64,000 bases of DNA from Candidatus Terrybacteria bacterium RIFCSPHIGHO2_01_FULL_43_35 (GTDB taxonomy: Bacteria > Patescibacteriota > Minisyncoccia > Terrybacterales > GWB1-40-14). The first letter of the stretch is position 1. Every line of letters starts with the position of its first letter. Below the pieces are notes generated by a model. That model was not told the DNA's origin, ran no database searches, and saw nothing but the letters and a program-made list of their open reading frames with translations. The position numbers and the translations under genes were made by a program. Shown here piece by piece: positions 1 to 10,363 of this stretch. The stretch spans positions 149,093 through 213,092 of the forward strand of contig MHSR01000013.1 of NCBI GenBank assembly GCA_001822815.1, read 5' to 3'.

Positions 1-2
1 TC

Positions 3-923
3 GTGGCGGGTAATTTTTCTGTCGTCTGGCGCGATGAAAGCAAACGGGCCACAACCTTTGGAGCAACGGACATTTTTGCAGACATACTTGACGTCTCTAC
101 TGCGTCGGGCGAATTTTTTACGAATGAAGATGTAAGACAGCGGACTTCTGTCGTTGTTTTGGGATACAAATTAAACCAGGACATTTTTGGAGACTCCGAT
201 GCTATAGGACAGGTAGTCAAAATAAAAAACGTCAATTTCAGAGTTGGTGGAGTTCTTCCCAAAAAAGGCAATGTAGGTTTACTTAATGTTGATGACGTCG
301 CCATTCTTCCTTATACGGCCGCACAGGAATACCTCACTGGCACAGATTATTTTCAAGAAATACTTATACGCGTTGAGAATGAGGATGTAATGCCGCGTGT
401 CGAAGAGGATGTAAAAAATCTTCTACGTATGAACCACAATATAACCGATCCCGCAAAAGACGATTTTCATGTTATGACTCCGGCTGACGTTGCCTCAAGA
501 GTTTCTACTGTAACAGGAATACTCACGGCTTTTTTGACCGCGGTTGCCGCCATTTCTCTTATTGTCGGGGGTATAGGAATAATGAATATAATGCTTGTAT
601 CGGTAAGCGAGCGCACTGGAGAAATAGGTCTGCGCAAAGCCATAGGAGCTACAAATAATGATATATTAAAACAGTTCCTGCTTGAGGCCGTAATACTTAC
701 CGCTTCAGGAGGTGTTATAGGCATGATTTTGGGTAATACTTTTAGTTATGTTTTATCGTTAGCGCTTTCGTATTTCCTCGATGTATCCTGGAAATTCGTT
801 TTGCCCTTGCAGGCTATGGCCGTGGGCATTTTCGTCTCAACAATAGTCGGCGTTGTTTTTGGAATATATCCGGCCAGGCGCGCTTCGCGTCTTGACCCAG
901 TAGAAGCACTGAGATACGAATAG
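3..923 (+). CDS. ABC transporter permease, MacB/FtsX family (5' partial)
   Basis: AISLIVGGIGIMNIMLVSVSERTGEIGLRKAIGA and C-terminal GIYPARRASRLDPVEALRYE are MacB/FtsX signatures. Confidence 0.93.
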   Translation: MAGNFSVVWRDESKRATTFGATDIFADILDVSTASGEFFTNEDVRQRTSVVVLGYKLNQDIFGDSDAIGQVVKIKNVNFRVGGVLPKKGNVGLLNVDDVAILPYTAAQEYLTGTDYFQEILIRVENEDVMPRVEEDVKNLLRMNHNITDPAKDDFHVMTPADVASRVSTVTGILTAFLTAVAAISLIVGGIGIMNIMLVSVSERTGEIGLRKAIGATNNDILKQFLLEAVILTASGGVIGMILGNTFSYVLSLALSYFLDVSWKFVLPLQAMAVGIFVSTIVGVVFGIYPARRASRLDPVEALRYE

Positions 924-931
924 TTATATGA

Positions 932-1070
932 ATCTCGTTAGAGACAGCATATCGTTGTTATATTTTGACTATGCATTATAGAGATATTAATGTTTATATA
1001 CAGGACCTAGGCGCAATTTACGGAAACGCTTTAACGTCTTCCGTAAAGCGTTTTCTGTCTCTAACGGGAT
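932..1070. mobile_element. MITE-like element with 16-bp terminal inverted repeats
   Basis: atctcgttagagacag (932-947) vs ctgtctctaacgggat (1055-1070), 15/16 complementary; non-coding interior. Confidence 0.7.
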
Positions 1071-1776
1071 GAAAGCTATAATTTTGGCCGGCGGCAAAGG
1101 AACGCGGCTTTATCCGGTGACACTGGAAACGCCCAAGCCTTTGCTGACCGTCAATAAAAAACCAATCCTAAATTATCTTGTCGAGCTGTTTTTTAAGCAC
1201 GGTATTGAAGACGTTGGTGTCACCATAAACGCTGATCACACCGAAGATTTCGATTGGTGGTACAAGCGCTGGTGGGAGGGCGCGCCGATAAGATTCTTTG
1301 AAGAAACCGCACCCCTAGGGACCTTCGGCACTTTGGCCTTGGTGGCCCACTGGATTAAAGGCGAAGATTTTTTTGTCAGCAATGGCGACGAACTTAAAGA
1401 CGTTGATCTTTCCGCGATGAAAGATTATCATCGCGCGCATCCTTCGCCGGCCACCGTTGCCCTGGTATCCGTTCCAAATCCTAAGGATTATGGCGTGGCC
1501 AAACTGGATGGCGATATGATCAGTGAATTTCTTGAGAAGCCAGAAAACCCGCCAACCTCCTATATAAACGCCGGTCTGTACTGTCTTTCACCGGAAATTT
1601 TTGATTATTATACCGGTGCCAACAACGGCTTTGCCATGCTGGAGAAAGATTTGTTTCCCAAATTGGCTAGTGAAGGACGCCTCCATGGCTTCACTTATAA
1701 CGGCAAGTGGCAGGATTGCGGCACATTCGAAAGATGGCAGAAGGCTATGCAAGAATGGGGGAAGGATAACAAGTAG
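1069..1776 (+). CDS. Sugar-phosphate nucleotidyltransferase (NTP_transferase family)
   Basis: MKAIILAGGKGTRLYPVTLETPKPLL, NGD, FLEKP and WQDCGT motifs. Confidence 0.92.
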   Translation: MKAIILAGGKGTRLYPVTLETPKPLLTVNKKPILNYLVELFFKHGIEDVGVTINADHTEDFDWWYKRWWEGAPIRFFEETAPLGTFGTLALVAHWIKGEDFFVSNGDELKDVDLSAMKDYHRAHPSPATVALVSVPNPKDYGVAKLDGDMISEFLEKPENPPTSYINAGLYCLSPEIFDYYTGANNGFAMLEKDLFPKLASEGRLHGFTYNGKWQDCGTFERWQKAMQEWGKDNK

Positions 1777-1949
1777 TAAATCCGTTCGCGTCTGCAAGGG
1801 ATCCCTCCATTTGTATAGCCGATTACGGCATTTTGGCACGAGCCTTAATGCCGCTCACAGACTTGCTACTTGCATAAGAAAGCGAAATGTTAAGCGCACC
1901 CTCAGAACCCGCTAAAGGGCTTGCGCCAATTATTTCCATTTATAAAAGT

Positions 1950-2315
1950 ATGAATATAAATGTAGGTAGGCGCGGCGAGGAGATCGCCGCTGATTATTTA
2001 AAAAAGAAAGGATATAAAATTATCGCAAGGAATTGGAAGCCGGCTAAGCTTCCGACTGCCGGCGAGATAGATATAGTAGCAAAGAGGGGAGAGGATTTTG
2101 TTTTCGTTGAGGTTAAGGCGTTATCCCAAAACGACACTTTTTATCCCGAAGACCACTTTACGCCGGACAAGGCAGCCAAAACCATAAGAGCCGCACGCCT
2201 GTGGCTTGCCGAAAATAACAGCTTAGATAGGCCTTGGCAGATAGATTTGATTGCTATCGAGATGTATGCCGGCGGACAAGAGCATATTTTCCATTACGAA
2301 CAAGTGGTTAGCTGA
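1950..2315 (+). CDS. yraN: YraN family protein (UPF0102)
   Basis: GRRGEEIAADYLKKKGYKIIARNW...GEIDIVA...FVEVK; start moved to ATG 1950. Confidence 0.9.
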   Translation: MNINVGRRGEEIAADYLKKKGYKIIARNWKPAKLPTAGEIDIVAKRGEDFVFVEVKALSQNDTFYPEDHFTPDKAAKTIRAARLWLAENNSLDRPWQIDLIAIEMYAGGQEHIFHYEQVVS

Positions 2316-2502
2316 GTTTGCTTGCCTGTCAGTTTCGTCCTTGGGCTTAGCGGTTATTGCTATTCTTGGGGAGGTCGGTGCTGCGCAAAACGAAGACCTC
2401 TCACTTTTCTTGACACCAAGACAAAGAATGTTTAGTATACGTTAGGTTAAGGGTTGCAATGTTTGATAACGGTCCGCTTTGGCGGGCCATTTTCATTATC
2501 CC

Positions 2503-2620
2503 AAGGTTAAAGTAAAAGTTAAAAGCTAAAAATTTTGGTATTTCGCAAAAGCGAAAATTATAATGCGCCGAAGGCGCTACCCAACTTTTTACTTTTTCGT
2601 TTTTACCTTTTAGTTTTTAT
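2503..2620. repeat. Inverted heptamer-periodic repeat element
   Basis: A-rich arm (aagttaa aagctaa), T-rich arm (ttttact ttttcgt ttttacc ttttagt), central hairpins ttcgc-aaaa-gcgaa and gcgcc-gaa-ggcgc. Confidence 0.65.
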
Positions 2621-3941
2621 GTTTGATTTAAAAAATTTCGCCTCGGCCATCAGCCAAATAGTTGAAGAAAAAGGCATACCCGAGGAAAAAGTAGTTGAAA
2701 CTATCGAGTTGGCTCTTGCCGCCGCGTACAAGCGCGATTACGCAAGTCGCGGAGAGAATATTAAAGTTAGCTTTGACCCCAAGAACGGACACATGGAGGT
2801 GTTTAAGGTAATGCTTGTTGTTAATGAAGATATGCTTAAACCAGAGGAAACAGAGGACAACGAAGCGTCTCAAGAAACAGCGCCCCCGCTAAAGATTGAA
2901 ATTGAAAGCAAAAAGAAAACTTCCAAAAAATCGGCTGTCAAAGACAATAAAGAACCCAAAGTCAATAAAATCAAGGAAGAAAAGCCCTCGGAAGAAGACA
3001 CCCGGATACGTTTCAACCAAGCCAGACATATCATGGTTAAGGATGCCAAAAAAATTAGAAAAGGCATTAAAGCCGGAGAAGAACTTTTTACGCCCCTTGA
3101 AGTTCATGAAAATTTTGGACGCATAGCTGCGCAGACGGCCAAGCAGGTGATAATACAGCGCATACGCGAAGCCGAAAGAGAAGCCGTCTTCGGTGAATTC
3201 AAGGACAAAGAAGGCGAATTGATTTCTGGAATAGTTCAGCGCGTTGAAGGGCGGACAGTATATGTGGATATAGGCAAGACATTCGGCGTTTTGTTCCCGC
3301 AGGAACAGATTCCGGGAGAATATTATCGCATTGGCTCGCGCATACGGTTTTATGTCGTAGAGGTTAATTCGGGACCCAAAGGCCCGCAAGTGATATTATC
3401 GCGTTCGCATCCAAAGATGATTTCCAAACTTTTTGAGTTGGAAGTCCCGGAAGTCGCCTCCGGTACAGTTGTATTAAAATCGGTTGCACGTGAAGCCGGC
3501 TCTAGAACCAAGATTGCCGTGACCTCCACGCAAGAAGGTATAGATCCGATAGGTTCTTGTGTTGGCCATCGAGGCACACGTATTACTACCGTTATCGGAG
3601 AGATTGGTGGAGAAAAAATAGACGTTATTGAATGGTCGGAAGATTCGCAACGTTATATCACCAATGCTCTGTCGCCGGCGAAAGCCACTTCGGTTGAGCT
3701 TGGGCAAAAAAATATAGCTGTGGCCACTGTTCCTGACGATCAATTGTCTTTGGCTATAGGCAAAGAGGGTCAGAACGTTAGGTTGGCCGCCAAACTAACC
3801 GGATGGAAAATAGATATACGCGGCGAAAGTGGAGAAGTTACTATGCCCAGCGAGCCTCAAGAAACCACGGATAATTCAGAAGGTGAAAGCGAGGCACAAG
3901 AATCTAATAACAAAGTTGTCACAGACAAAGCAGAGGAATAA
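2619..3941 (+). CDS. nusA: Transcription termination/antitermination factor NusA
   Basis: FGRIAAQTAKQVIIQRIREAER, AREAGSRTKIAV, LSLAIGKEGQNVRLAAKLTGWKIDI; start ATG 2619. Confidence 0.98.
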   Translation: MFDLKNFASAISQIVEEKGIPEEKVVETIELALAAAYKRDYASRGENIKVSFDPKNGHMEVFKVMLVVNEDMLKPEETEDNEASQETAPPLKIEIESKKKTSKKSAVKDNKEPKVNKIKEEKPSEEDTRIRFNQARHIMVKDAKKIRKGIKAGEELFTPLEVHENFGRIAAQTAKQVIIQRIREAEREAVFGEFKDKEGELISGIVQRVEGRTVYVDIGKTFGVLFPQEQIPGEYYRIGSRIRFYVVEVNSGPKGPQVILSRSHPKMISKLFELEVPEVASGTVVLKSVAREAGSRTKIAVTSTQEGIDPIGSCVGHRGTRITTVIGEIGGEKIDVIEWSEDSQRYITNALSPAKATSVELGQKNIAVATVPDDQLSLAIGKEGQNVRLAAKLTGWKIDIRGESGEVTMPSEPQETTDNSEGESEAQESNNKVVTDKAEE

Positions 3942-3988
3942 TATAAAAATACCGATAAAAAAATTTAAATTTAAAAGTGAAAATTTTC

Positions 3989-6040
3989 ATGAATATATCT
4001 TTTGTACTGTTTTCAAGCATAATGATTCTTGCCTGGGCTGGCCTTTTGATTAAATGGGTCCTCAAGCAACCAAAAGGCAGTGAAAAAATGAATGAAATAT
4101 CCCTGGCTATCAGTCAGGGCTCAAACGCTTTTTTGACCAGACAATATAAAACCGTTGCTTTGGTCGCTCTTCCGATAACAATTATTCTTTATTTTGTATT
4201 TGGTTCGATGGTTGCCTTGGGATTTGTTGTTGGCGCGGTTTCGTCAGCCATTGCTGGCATAATCGGAATGCTTATTTCCGTCCGTGCCAATGTGCGCGTT
4301 GCCCAAGCGGCAGAAAAAAGTATGGCACACGCCATGCAAGTTGCTTTCCGTGGCGGTGCGGTCACGGGTTTTTTTGTTGTAGGCTTGGGATTGCTTTCCG
4401 TGACGTGTTTTTGGCTTGTGGTTGGCAACGAAATATTCCCATTGGTGGCCTTGAGTTTTGGCGCATCTTTGATTTCTGTTTTTGCGAGGCTCGGCGGCGG
4501 AATTTATACCAAAGGCGCTGATGTTGGTGCTGACCTCGTTGGTAAAATTGAAGTTGGAATTCCGGAAGATGATCCGCGCAATCCCGCGGTCATTGCCGAC
4601 AACGTCGGCGACAATGTGGGTGATTGCGCTGGCATGGCCGCAGATCTTTTTGAAACTTACGTAGTAACTATAGTAGCTTCATTTATTCTTGCCCGTTCTC
4701 TTTTCCCGGATTTATCCTCGGCATTGCTTTTGCCTTTGGGCTTGGCGGCCATAGCTATACTTGCCACACCTATCGGCATGCTGGCTTTGGGCAAAGTTAA
4801 AGATTCAAAATCCATAATGAGTGCTATGTACAGGTCTCTTATTGTTACTGCCGTATTGTCGGCCGCGGGTTTCTGGGTAGTGACGCACGCCTTAGATTTT
4901 TCAAAATTGAACCCATCTTCCGGCGCTTCAGTAGCTTATCCCTCGGCTCTTGAGCTGTGGCTTGCGTCTTTGATCGGACTTGTGATTACGGCGCTGATGG
5001 TTTTGGTGACCGATTACTACACGGCCAAGAAATTCCGTCCGGTTCAATCTATAGCTAAAGCATCCGAAACCGGACACGCTACAAATATTATCAGCGGTTT
5101 GGCCATAGGCATGGAGGCGACAGCCGCGCCAATTGTGATTGTTGTTGCCGGAATGATTTCGGCTTATTTGGTTGTGGGCGGCGGAGTCGTTGGAGTTTTT
5201 GGCATAGCAATTGCGGCTGTGGCTATGCTTTCTTTGGCAGGAATAATTGTGGCCATAGACGCTTTCGGCCCCATTACTGATAATGCCGGTGGCATCGCTG
5301 AAATGTCCCATTTGTCCCCCTCGTTGCGCGAGGTTACCGATGCTTTAGATGCGGTCGGCAATACAACCAAAGCGGTGACTAAGGGTTATGCTATAGCTTC
5401 GGCGGCTTTGGCCTCTTTGGTACTTTTTGCCGGATATCGTCAGGAGATAATTTCCGCCTCGCAGACCGTAGCTGCTTCTTTAGATTTTAATATAACTAAC
5501 GTTAAAGTAATCGCCGGTTTGTTTTTAGGCGCCATGGTCCCGTATCTTTTTGCTTCGCTGGCCATGCGCGCTGTTGGCAAATCAGCAGGATCAATAGTTG
5601 AAGAAGTTCGCCGTCAATTTAAAGAAAAGCCAGGTATTATGAATGGTACAGATAAGCCAGATTATGCCCGAGCCGTTGATATAGTTACCAGCGCGGCTTT
5701 GCGTGAAATGATTTTGCCGACATTGTTGCCCGTGGGTGTTCCAATATTGATAGCTTATGCGCTTGGCCTGGAGGCCTTGGGTGGAGCCTTGATCGGCGTC
5801 ATTGTCACGGGTCTTTTTGTCGCGCTTTCTATGACCTCGGGCGGAGCGGCATGGGATAACGCCAAGAAATATATTGAAGAGGGACATTTTGGAGGTAAGG
5901 GTTCCGCGGCGCATAAAGCCGCCGTGACAGGAGATACGGTAGGGGATCCGTATAAAGACACCGCTGGACCAGCCATAAACCCCGTTATTAAAGTCATGAA
6001 CATCATCGCCATTTTGCTGGTTCGAGTCATTGTCAAATAA
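3989..6040 (+). CDS. hppA: Membrane-bound ion-translocating pyrophosphatase, K+-independent H+-PPase type
   Basis: [57 protein letters not shown]. Confidence 0.96.
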   Translation: MNISFVLFSSIMILAWAGLLIKWVLKQPKGSEKMNEISLAISQGSNAFLTRQYKTVALVALPITIILYFVFGSMVALGFVVGAVSSAIAGIIGMLISVRANVRVAQAAEKSMAHAMQVAFRGGAVTGFFVVGLGLLSVTCFWLVVGNEIFPLVALSFGASLISVFARLGGGIYTKGADVGADLVGKIEVGIPEDDPRNPAVIADNVGDNVGDCAGMAADLFETYVVTIVASFILARSLFPDLSSALLLPLGLAAIAILATPIGMLALGKVKDSKSIMSAMYRSLIVTAVLSAAGFWVVTHALDFSKLNPSSGASVAYPSALELWLASLIGLVITALMVLVTDYYTAKKFRPVQSIAKASETGHATNIISGLAIGMEATAAPIVIVVAGMISAYLVVGGGVVGVFGIAIAAVAMLSLAGIIVAIDAFGPITDNAGGIAEMSHLSPSLREVTDALDAVGNTTKAVTKGYAIASAALASLVLFAGYRQEIISASQTVAASLDFNITNVKVIAGLFLGAMVPYLFASLAMRAVGKSAGSIVEEVRRQFKEKPGIMNGTDKPDYARAVDIVTSAALREMILPTLLPVGVPILIAYALGLEALGGALIGVIVTGLFVALSMTSGGAAWDNAKKYIEEGHFGGKGSAAHKAAVTGDTVGDPYKDTAGPAINPVIKVMNIIAILLVRVIVK

Positions 6041-6067
6041 AAAACCGCTCTTTTTTAGTGAGCGGAT
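6041..6067. terminator. Probable intrinsic terminator between convergent genes
   Basis: aaaaccgctc...gagcgg hairpin between convergent stop codons. Confidence 0.55.
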
Positions 6068-6072
6068 ATGAT

Positions 6073-6786
6073 TTAAGATTCTCCGGCGTAGATATCAATA
6101 TCAGTAAGCGGAACCTCGGAAAGCTTCAGAAGATCATTGATTTGTTTAAGAGTTAATCCCTTAAGGGGAAGTGTTTTGAGTGCTGGTTCGCCCTCTTTGG
6201 TATGAAGGCTTAAGCCCGCACTAAACGCTCTGGCCAAGATATCTTTTTTGCTGTTTAGAAGATATTCGATGCGTCTAGGCTCTGACCAAATCCAGTAGCC
6301 GCCCACGGGGGCAGGAAAGGCTGGAATAAAAACCACAAGATCAAAGCTGCCGCGGCTGTTTGGGACCGGGACCCCATCGCCATTTAGAGAATAAGCGCGT
6401 TTTAGCTCTACTGCGATAACAATGCCCAGTATGCGGTTGCCGTCGAACTGTTCAACTCTGACAAATGGGAAACGAAGAACGACTTTCATCCAGTAGGCTA
6501 TCTTGAAAGGAAGAGATATTACCGGGATTTTCCAAACAAAACGCTGTACAGCCGGAATTTTAATGAAGAAACCAATAATACTTGCGGTTAATATAGTGAC
6601 AAAGTAAACGGCAAGCGGAAGTTCGATTATAGCCCGAAGACCAAAAGCCGCGAATAAGGGGTTAAAAATAGTCCCGAAAATATTGTTAATGAATGAAAGA
6701 AATCCGGCAAAAATGGCCGATAAAAACAAGATTACAAAACCAGGGACGAAATAATTGCTCAGCCAATCGCGCATCCGGCTCGACAC
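6073..6786 (-). CDS. DUF502-like membrane protein
   Basis: Two N-terminal TM segments, KIPVI, VFIPAFPAPVGGY (cf. VFxPTxPNPTxG), SAG; SD aaggag before GTG. Confidence 0.7.
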   Translation of the reverse strand: MSSRMRDWLSNYFVPGFVILFLSAIFAGFLSFINNIFGTIFNPLFAAFGLRAIIELPLAVYFVTILTASIIGFFIKIPAVQRFVWKIPVISLPFKIAYWMKVVLRFPFVRVEQFDGNRILGIVIAVELKRAYSLNGDGVPVPNSRGSFDLVVFIPAFPAPVGGYWIWSEPRRIEYLLNSKKDILARAFSAGLSLHTKEGEPALKTLPLKGLTLKQINDLLKLSEVPLTDIDIYAGES

Positions 6787-6934
6787 AGCAACTCCTTTTA
6801 AAGAACACTTAATTGGTTATTTACGCAATAACACACCCGTTCTCAAACAGCAAATTTACCCCCAATGGATTTAAACTTATAATGCAACATCCGAGAGAAA
6901 GTGCTGCACCTGGTTGTTGAATTAACTTAGATAT

Positions 6935-8224
6935 ATGGATATAAAACGTGAAATTCAAAAACAAAACATAGAATGGCGAGTGGAGATAAACGGAATCGAA
7001 TTAGCTCCTTATTGTCAAATGGCGCTTGAGACAATGATCAAAGATTTAGAATTCCCCGGTTTTCGCAAAGGGAAAATTCCTCAAAATCTGGCCCAAAATC
7101 ATTTCAGTGAAGAACAGATTATTGAGCAAAGCGCTTTGTTGGCTACACGAAAAATTGCTGCCGATATCTTAGCCCAAGAAATAGAAGAATGGATGGGCCA
7201 GCCTGAAATAGAAGTATTGGAAAACAACAAGGATAAGGGCCTTGTTTTTATCCTGCGCGCAACTTTGTTGCCTAAAGTTATATTGGGCGATTGGCGGAAG
7301 AAAATAAATGTTAAAGCGCAGCTACCTCAAGTGAAAGACGAAGAAATAACCAAATCTCTAAACTATTTACGCGCCTCACGAGCGGTTTATCGCGCCGTAA
7401 ACAGGACCGCGCAAAAAGGAGATTTTGTCGAGGTTTCTTTCTCTGGTTTGGCTGGCGGCGTTCAGGTTGAAGGTTTGGCATCTCGCCGCCACCCATTCAT
7501 TTTGGGCGAAGGAGGTTTCGTCGAGGGGTTTGAGGATAATATTGAGGGCATGAGAGTCGGAGAGGATAAACTTTTTACTTTAAAGGTTGATAAAAGCTGG
7601 AAACATAAAGCCGTTGCCGGCCGAGAAATAGAGTTTTCGGTAAAGCTGGATGCGTTACAGGAAAGATTGCTGCCAGAAATCTTAGATGATTTTGCTAAGT
7701 CCTTGGGAGCGTTCAAGTCCATAGATGAACTTAAAGCAAGCATAACTGAGGGGTTGCTGGCCGAAAAAAAAGAAGCCGAAAAGAAAAGATTCCGTCTGGC
7801 TATACTTGATCAAATTATTGAAAACTTGTCTGTTGAAATACCAGAAGTAATGCGTAAACAAGAGGCCGATCGTTTATATGAAGATATGCGCGTGGGGGTT
7901 GAGCAAGGAGGCTATAAGTTTGAAGGTTATTTGACTCAAATCGGCAAAACACAAGAAGGCCTGAAGGAAGATTTTATGCGCGGAGCCGAAAAAAGGGTAA
8001 AAGCCAGTCTGGTTTTGCGTGCTTTGGCCAAAGAACTGGCCATTGAGCCGACTGACGAAGAAATTCAGCAGTGCATCAACGAAGAGCTTATAAAAGCAAG
8101 GCCTCCTGAAGGAGCGCAAAAAATTGACCCCGACGAGCACAAGGCTTATTGTAGAAGTATAGTTCGCAACGAAAAGGTGTTTGAGGCATTGGAGGCAATT
8201 GTGGAACAAAAAGCAAAAGTATAA
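6935..8224 (+). CDS. tig: Trigger factor
   Basis: FPGFRKGKIP ribosome-binding motif, FKBP-like GDFVEVSF...GFEDNIEGM; adjacent to clpP. Confidence 0.96.
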   Translation: MDIKREIQKQNIEWRVEINGIELAPYCQMALETMIKDLEFPGFRKGKIPQNLAQNHFSEEQIIEQSALLATRKIAADILAQEIEEWMGQPEIEVLENNKDKGLVFILRATLLPKVILGDWRKKINVKAQLPQVKDEEITKSLNYLRASRAVYRAVNRTAQKGDFVEVSFSGLAGGVQVEGLASRRHPFILGEGGFVEGFEDNIEGMRVGEDKLFTLKVDKSWKHKAVAGREIEFSVKLDALQERLLPEILDDFAKSLGAFKSIDELKASITEGLLAEKKEAEKKRFRLAILDQIIENLSVEIPEVMRKQEADRLYEDMRVGVEQGGYKFEGYLTQIGKTQEGLKEDFMRGAEKRVKASLVLRALAKELAIEPTDEEIQQCINEELIKARPPEGAQKIDPDEHKAYCRSIVRNEKVFEALEAIVEQKAKV

Positions 8225-8234
8225 AATAACCGCG

Positions 8235-8353
8235 AATTCAATTTCTAATTACTAATGTCTAATATCCGCAATATATAAAAACACTTTTGGGCATTAGAAA
8301 ATTGAGTCATTGGGACTTGATTAGGTCAATTAGAAATTAGGAATTAGACATTT
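8235..8353. repeat. Inverted heptamer-periodic repeat element
   Basis: tttctaa ttactaa tgtctaa ... attagaa attagga attagac. Confidence 0.65.
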
Positions 8354-8402
8354 GTAAAATAAATTTATCATCATAACTCATTCAAATTATTCAAAAGATA
8401 TT

Positions 8403-9011
8403 ATGTCTACCAACGCATACAATCAGTATTTAATCCCCACGGTTATAGAAAAATCGCAGTTTGGCGAAAGGGCCTATGATATTTATTCGCGCCTGCTTAA
8501 AGACCGCATTATTTTTTTGGGCGGACCGGTTTCAGATGCGGTGGCCAACGCTGTTATTGCCCAAATGCTTTTTTTGGAGTCACAAGATCCCAAAAAAGAT
8601 ATCCAGCTTTATATTAATTCACCGGGCGGCTCTGTGACTGCCGGTTTGGCCATTTATGACACTATGCAATATGTGAAATGCGACGTTTCAACTATGTGCA
8701 TAGGCATAGCTGCGTCTATGGCCGCAACTATTCTTGCCTCCGGCACCAATGGCAAGAGATTTGCCTTGCCCAACTCTGAAATATTGATCCACCAGGTGAT
8801 GGGCGAAGCGGGGGGGCAGGCGGTTGAGATTGAGATATCCGCCAAACACATTTTGAAAATCAAGGATCGATTGAATGACATCTTGGCCAAGCACACCGGA
8901 CAAAAAATAGATAAGATAGAAAAAGACACCGACCGCGACTTTTATATGAACGCTCACGAAGCCAAAGAATACGGCATTATCGACAAGATAATTAACCACA
9001 AAAAGCAATAA
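8403..9011 (+). CDS. clpP: ATP-dependent Clp protease proteolytic subunit
   Basis: [36 protein letters not shown]. Confidence 0.99.
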   Translation: MSTNAYNQYLIPTVIEKSQFGERAYDIYSRLLKDRIIFLGGPVSDAVANAVIAQMLFLESQDPKKDIQLYINSPGGSVTAGLAIYDTMQYVKCDVSTMCIGIAASMAATILASGTNGKRFALPNSEILIHQVMGEAGGQAVEIEISAKHILKIKDRLNDILAKHTGQKIDKIEKDTDRDFYMNAHEAKEYGIIDKIINHKKQ

Positions 9012-9012
9012 T

Positions 9013-9048
9013 AAAAAGCCGCCCTGAGTTTGTCGAAAGGCGGCTTTT
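9013..9048 (+). terminator. Intrinsic terminator whose loop resembles a REP-type palindrome
   Basis: aaaagccgcc-ctgagtttgtcgaaa-ggcggctttt. Confidence 0.75.
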
Positions 9049-9085
9049 CCTTAATTCGCTGTCCTTTTAGTGTTATAATGTTGGT

Positions 9086-9832
9086 ATGGCCTCTTCAGAT
9101 GCCAATACTAAGACTAGTGGCGGAATAGACATTCTTTCTGTGCCCAAAAAAGAACTGCACCCAAAAGCCATTCTCAAGAATTACTGGCCGCTTATCATTT
9201 TCGGCCTATTTATAGTATTGTTTGTTTCGGCTATTGTCGCGCTTAAATTATACAAAGATGCCCAGCCCGCCGACATATCAAAATTGGTGCTTAAGCCCGA
9301 TGCCAACGACCCGTATTTGGGCAAATTCATTGCGCCCCTGGTTGTTGTAGAAGCCGCCGATATTCGCTGTCCAGGATGCAAGAATTTTTATGATAATATT
9401 GAGCCCGATCTTAAAAGGAACTATATTGATACCGGCAAAATAAAATTCTATTTTTGGGATGTTCTGATAGATAACGCTTCTTTACAGGCTTCTGAAGCTA
9501 CTTATTGTGCCAACGACCAGGGCAAATATTGGGAGTACCGCTCTGAATTCCTGGTCTTGCCTAGAGATGAAGGCAACTGGGGTAAGATTTTGAACCGCAG
9601 TGAATTTATAGCTATAGCTCAAGATTTAAACCTTGACACAGCAGTATTTGGGGCATGCTTAGATTCTGAAAAATATAAGGACAAAGTACTCGAAAAGAGC
9701 GAACAAGCTTTAGCTACCGGCATGACGTTTAGCCCCACGCTATTTTTAAGTAGCGGTAAGGTTTTGCCGGGCGTTGGTTTCTATAACACGCTTGCCAATG
9801 AGATTGACAGATTTTTTAATTTAAATAAATAA
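9086..9832 (+). CDS. DsbA-family thiol-disulfide oxidoreductase (Thioredoxin_4), membrane anchored
   Basis: N-terminal TM, DIRCPGC, CANDQGKYWEY, cis-Pro motif SPT. Confidence 0.9.
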   Translation: MASSDANTKTSGGIDILSVPKKELHPKAILKNYWPLIIFGLFIVLFVSAIVALKLYKDAQPADISKLVLKPDANDPYLGKFIAPLVVVEAADIRCPGCKNFYDNIEPDLKRNYIDTGKIKFYFWDVLIDNASLQASEATYCANDQGKYWEYRSEFLVLPRDEGNWGKILNRSEFIAIAQDLNLDTAVFGACLDSEKYKDKVLEKSEQALATGMTFSPTLFLSSGKVLPGVGFYNTLANEIDRFFNLNK

Positions 9833-9864
9833 CGCTTCAGGAATCATTTTAAAAATATTTTCGT

Positions 9865-10335
9865 ATGCGCAAAAAAACACAATTTTTATTAATAGCTGTC
9901 TTTGTAGCCGGTGCAATGGGCGGATTTTTTCTTCAATCAACCTTTAAAGATATTCTGGAACCAAAAACGCCCCTACCCCAAAATCCTTCCCCAATACAGC
10001 AGTCTTATCTGCAAAATCCTCTATTTACGGATTGGACGGCTAATATTGAAGGCACCATATTATCTTTGAATGATAAAAATATGGTTATTGAAGATAAGGG
10101 CATTGAGGCAGATATCAGTTTAACTCAAGAAACATCTTTCCAGCGCTATGTTCTCCCTCAAGATAATAATTCAGAAGCAGCTCCTGAAGATATCACGGCC
10201 AAAGATTTAAAAATAGGCGACAATGTTTCTGTTTTTGTTAGCTTCAGGAAGGGTATTGCCGAAACAAGCAGTGTTGTTGTGTTTCCATTGTCCACCGAGC
10301 CTCCTACTACGGGTATTAAGACCCCCAATCAATAA
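9865..10335 (+). CDS. Membrane-anchored hypothetical protein (possible OB-fold/DUF5666-like)
   Basis: N-terminal TM; beta-rich IEGTIL...DLKIGDNVSV. Confidence 0.6.
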   Translation: MRKKTQFLLIAVFVAGAMGGFFLQSTFKDILEPKTPLPQNPSPIQQSYLQNPLFTDWTANIEGTILSLNDKNMVIEDKGIEADISLTQETSFQRYVLPQDNNSEAAPEDITAKDLKIGDNVSVFVSFRKGIAETSSVVVFPLSTEPPTTGIKTPNQ

Positions 10336-10363
10336 AAGACCAATAGATAAAAGATGTTTGTTT

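Noticed and set aside
2820-3010. Charged insertion in the NusA N-terminal domain as a mobile insert
   Set aside because: Low-complexity K/E linker without palindromes or target duplication
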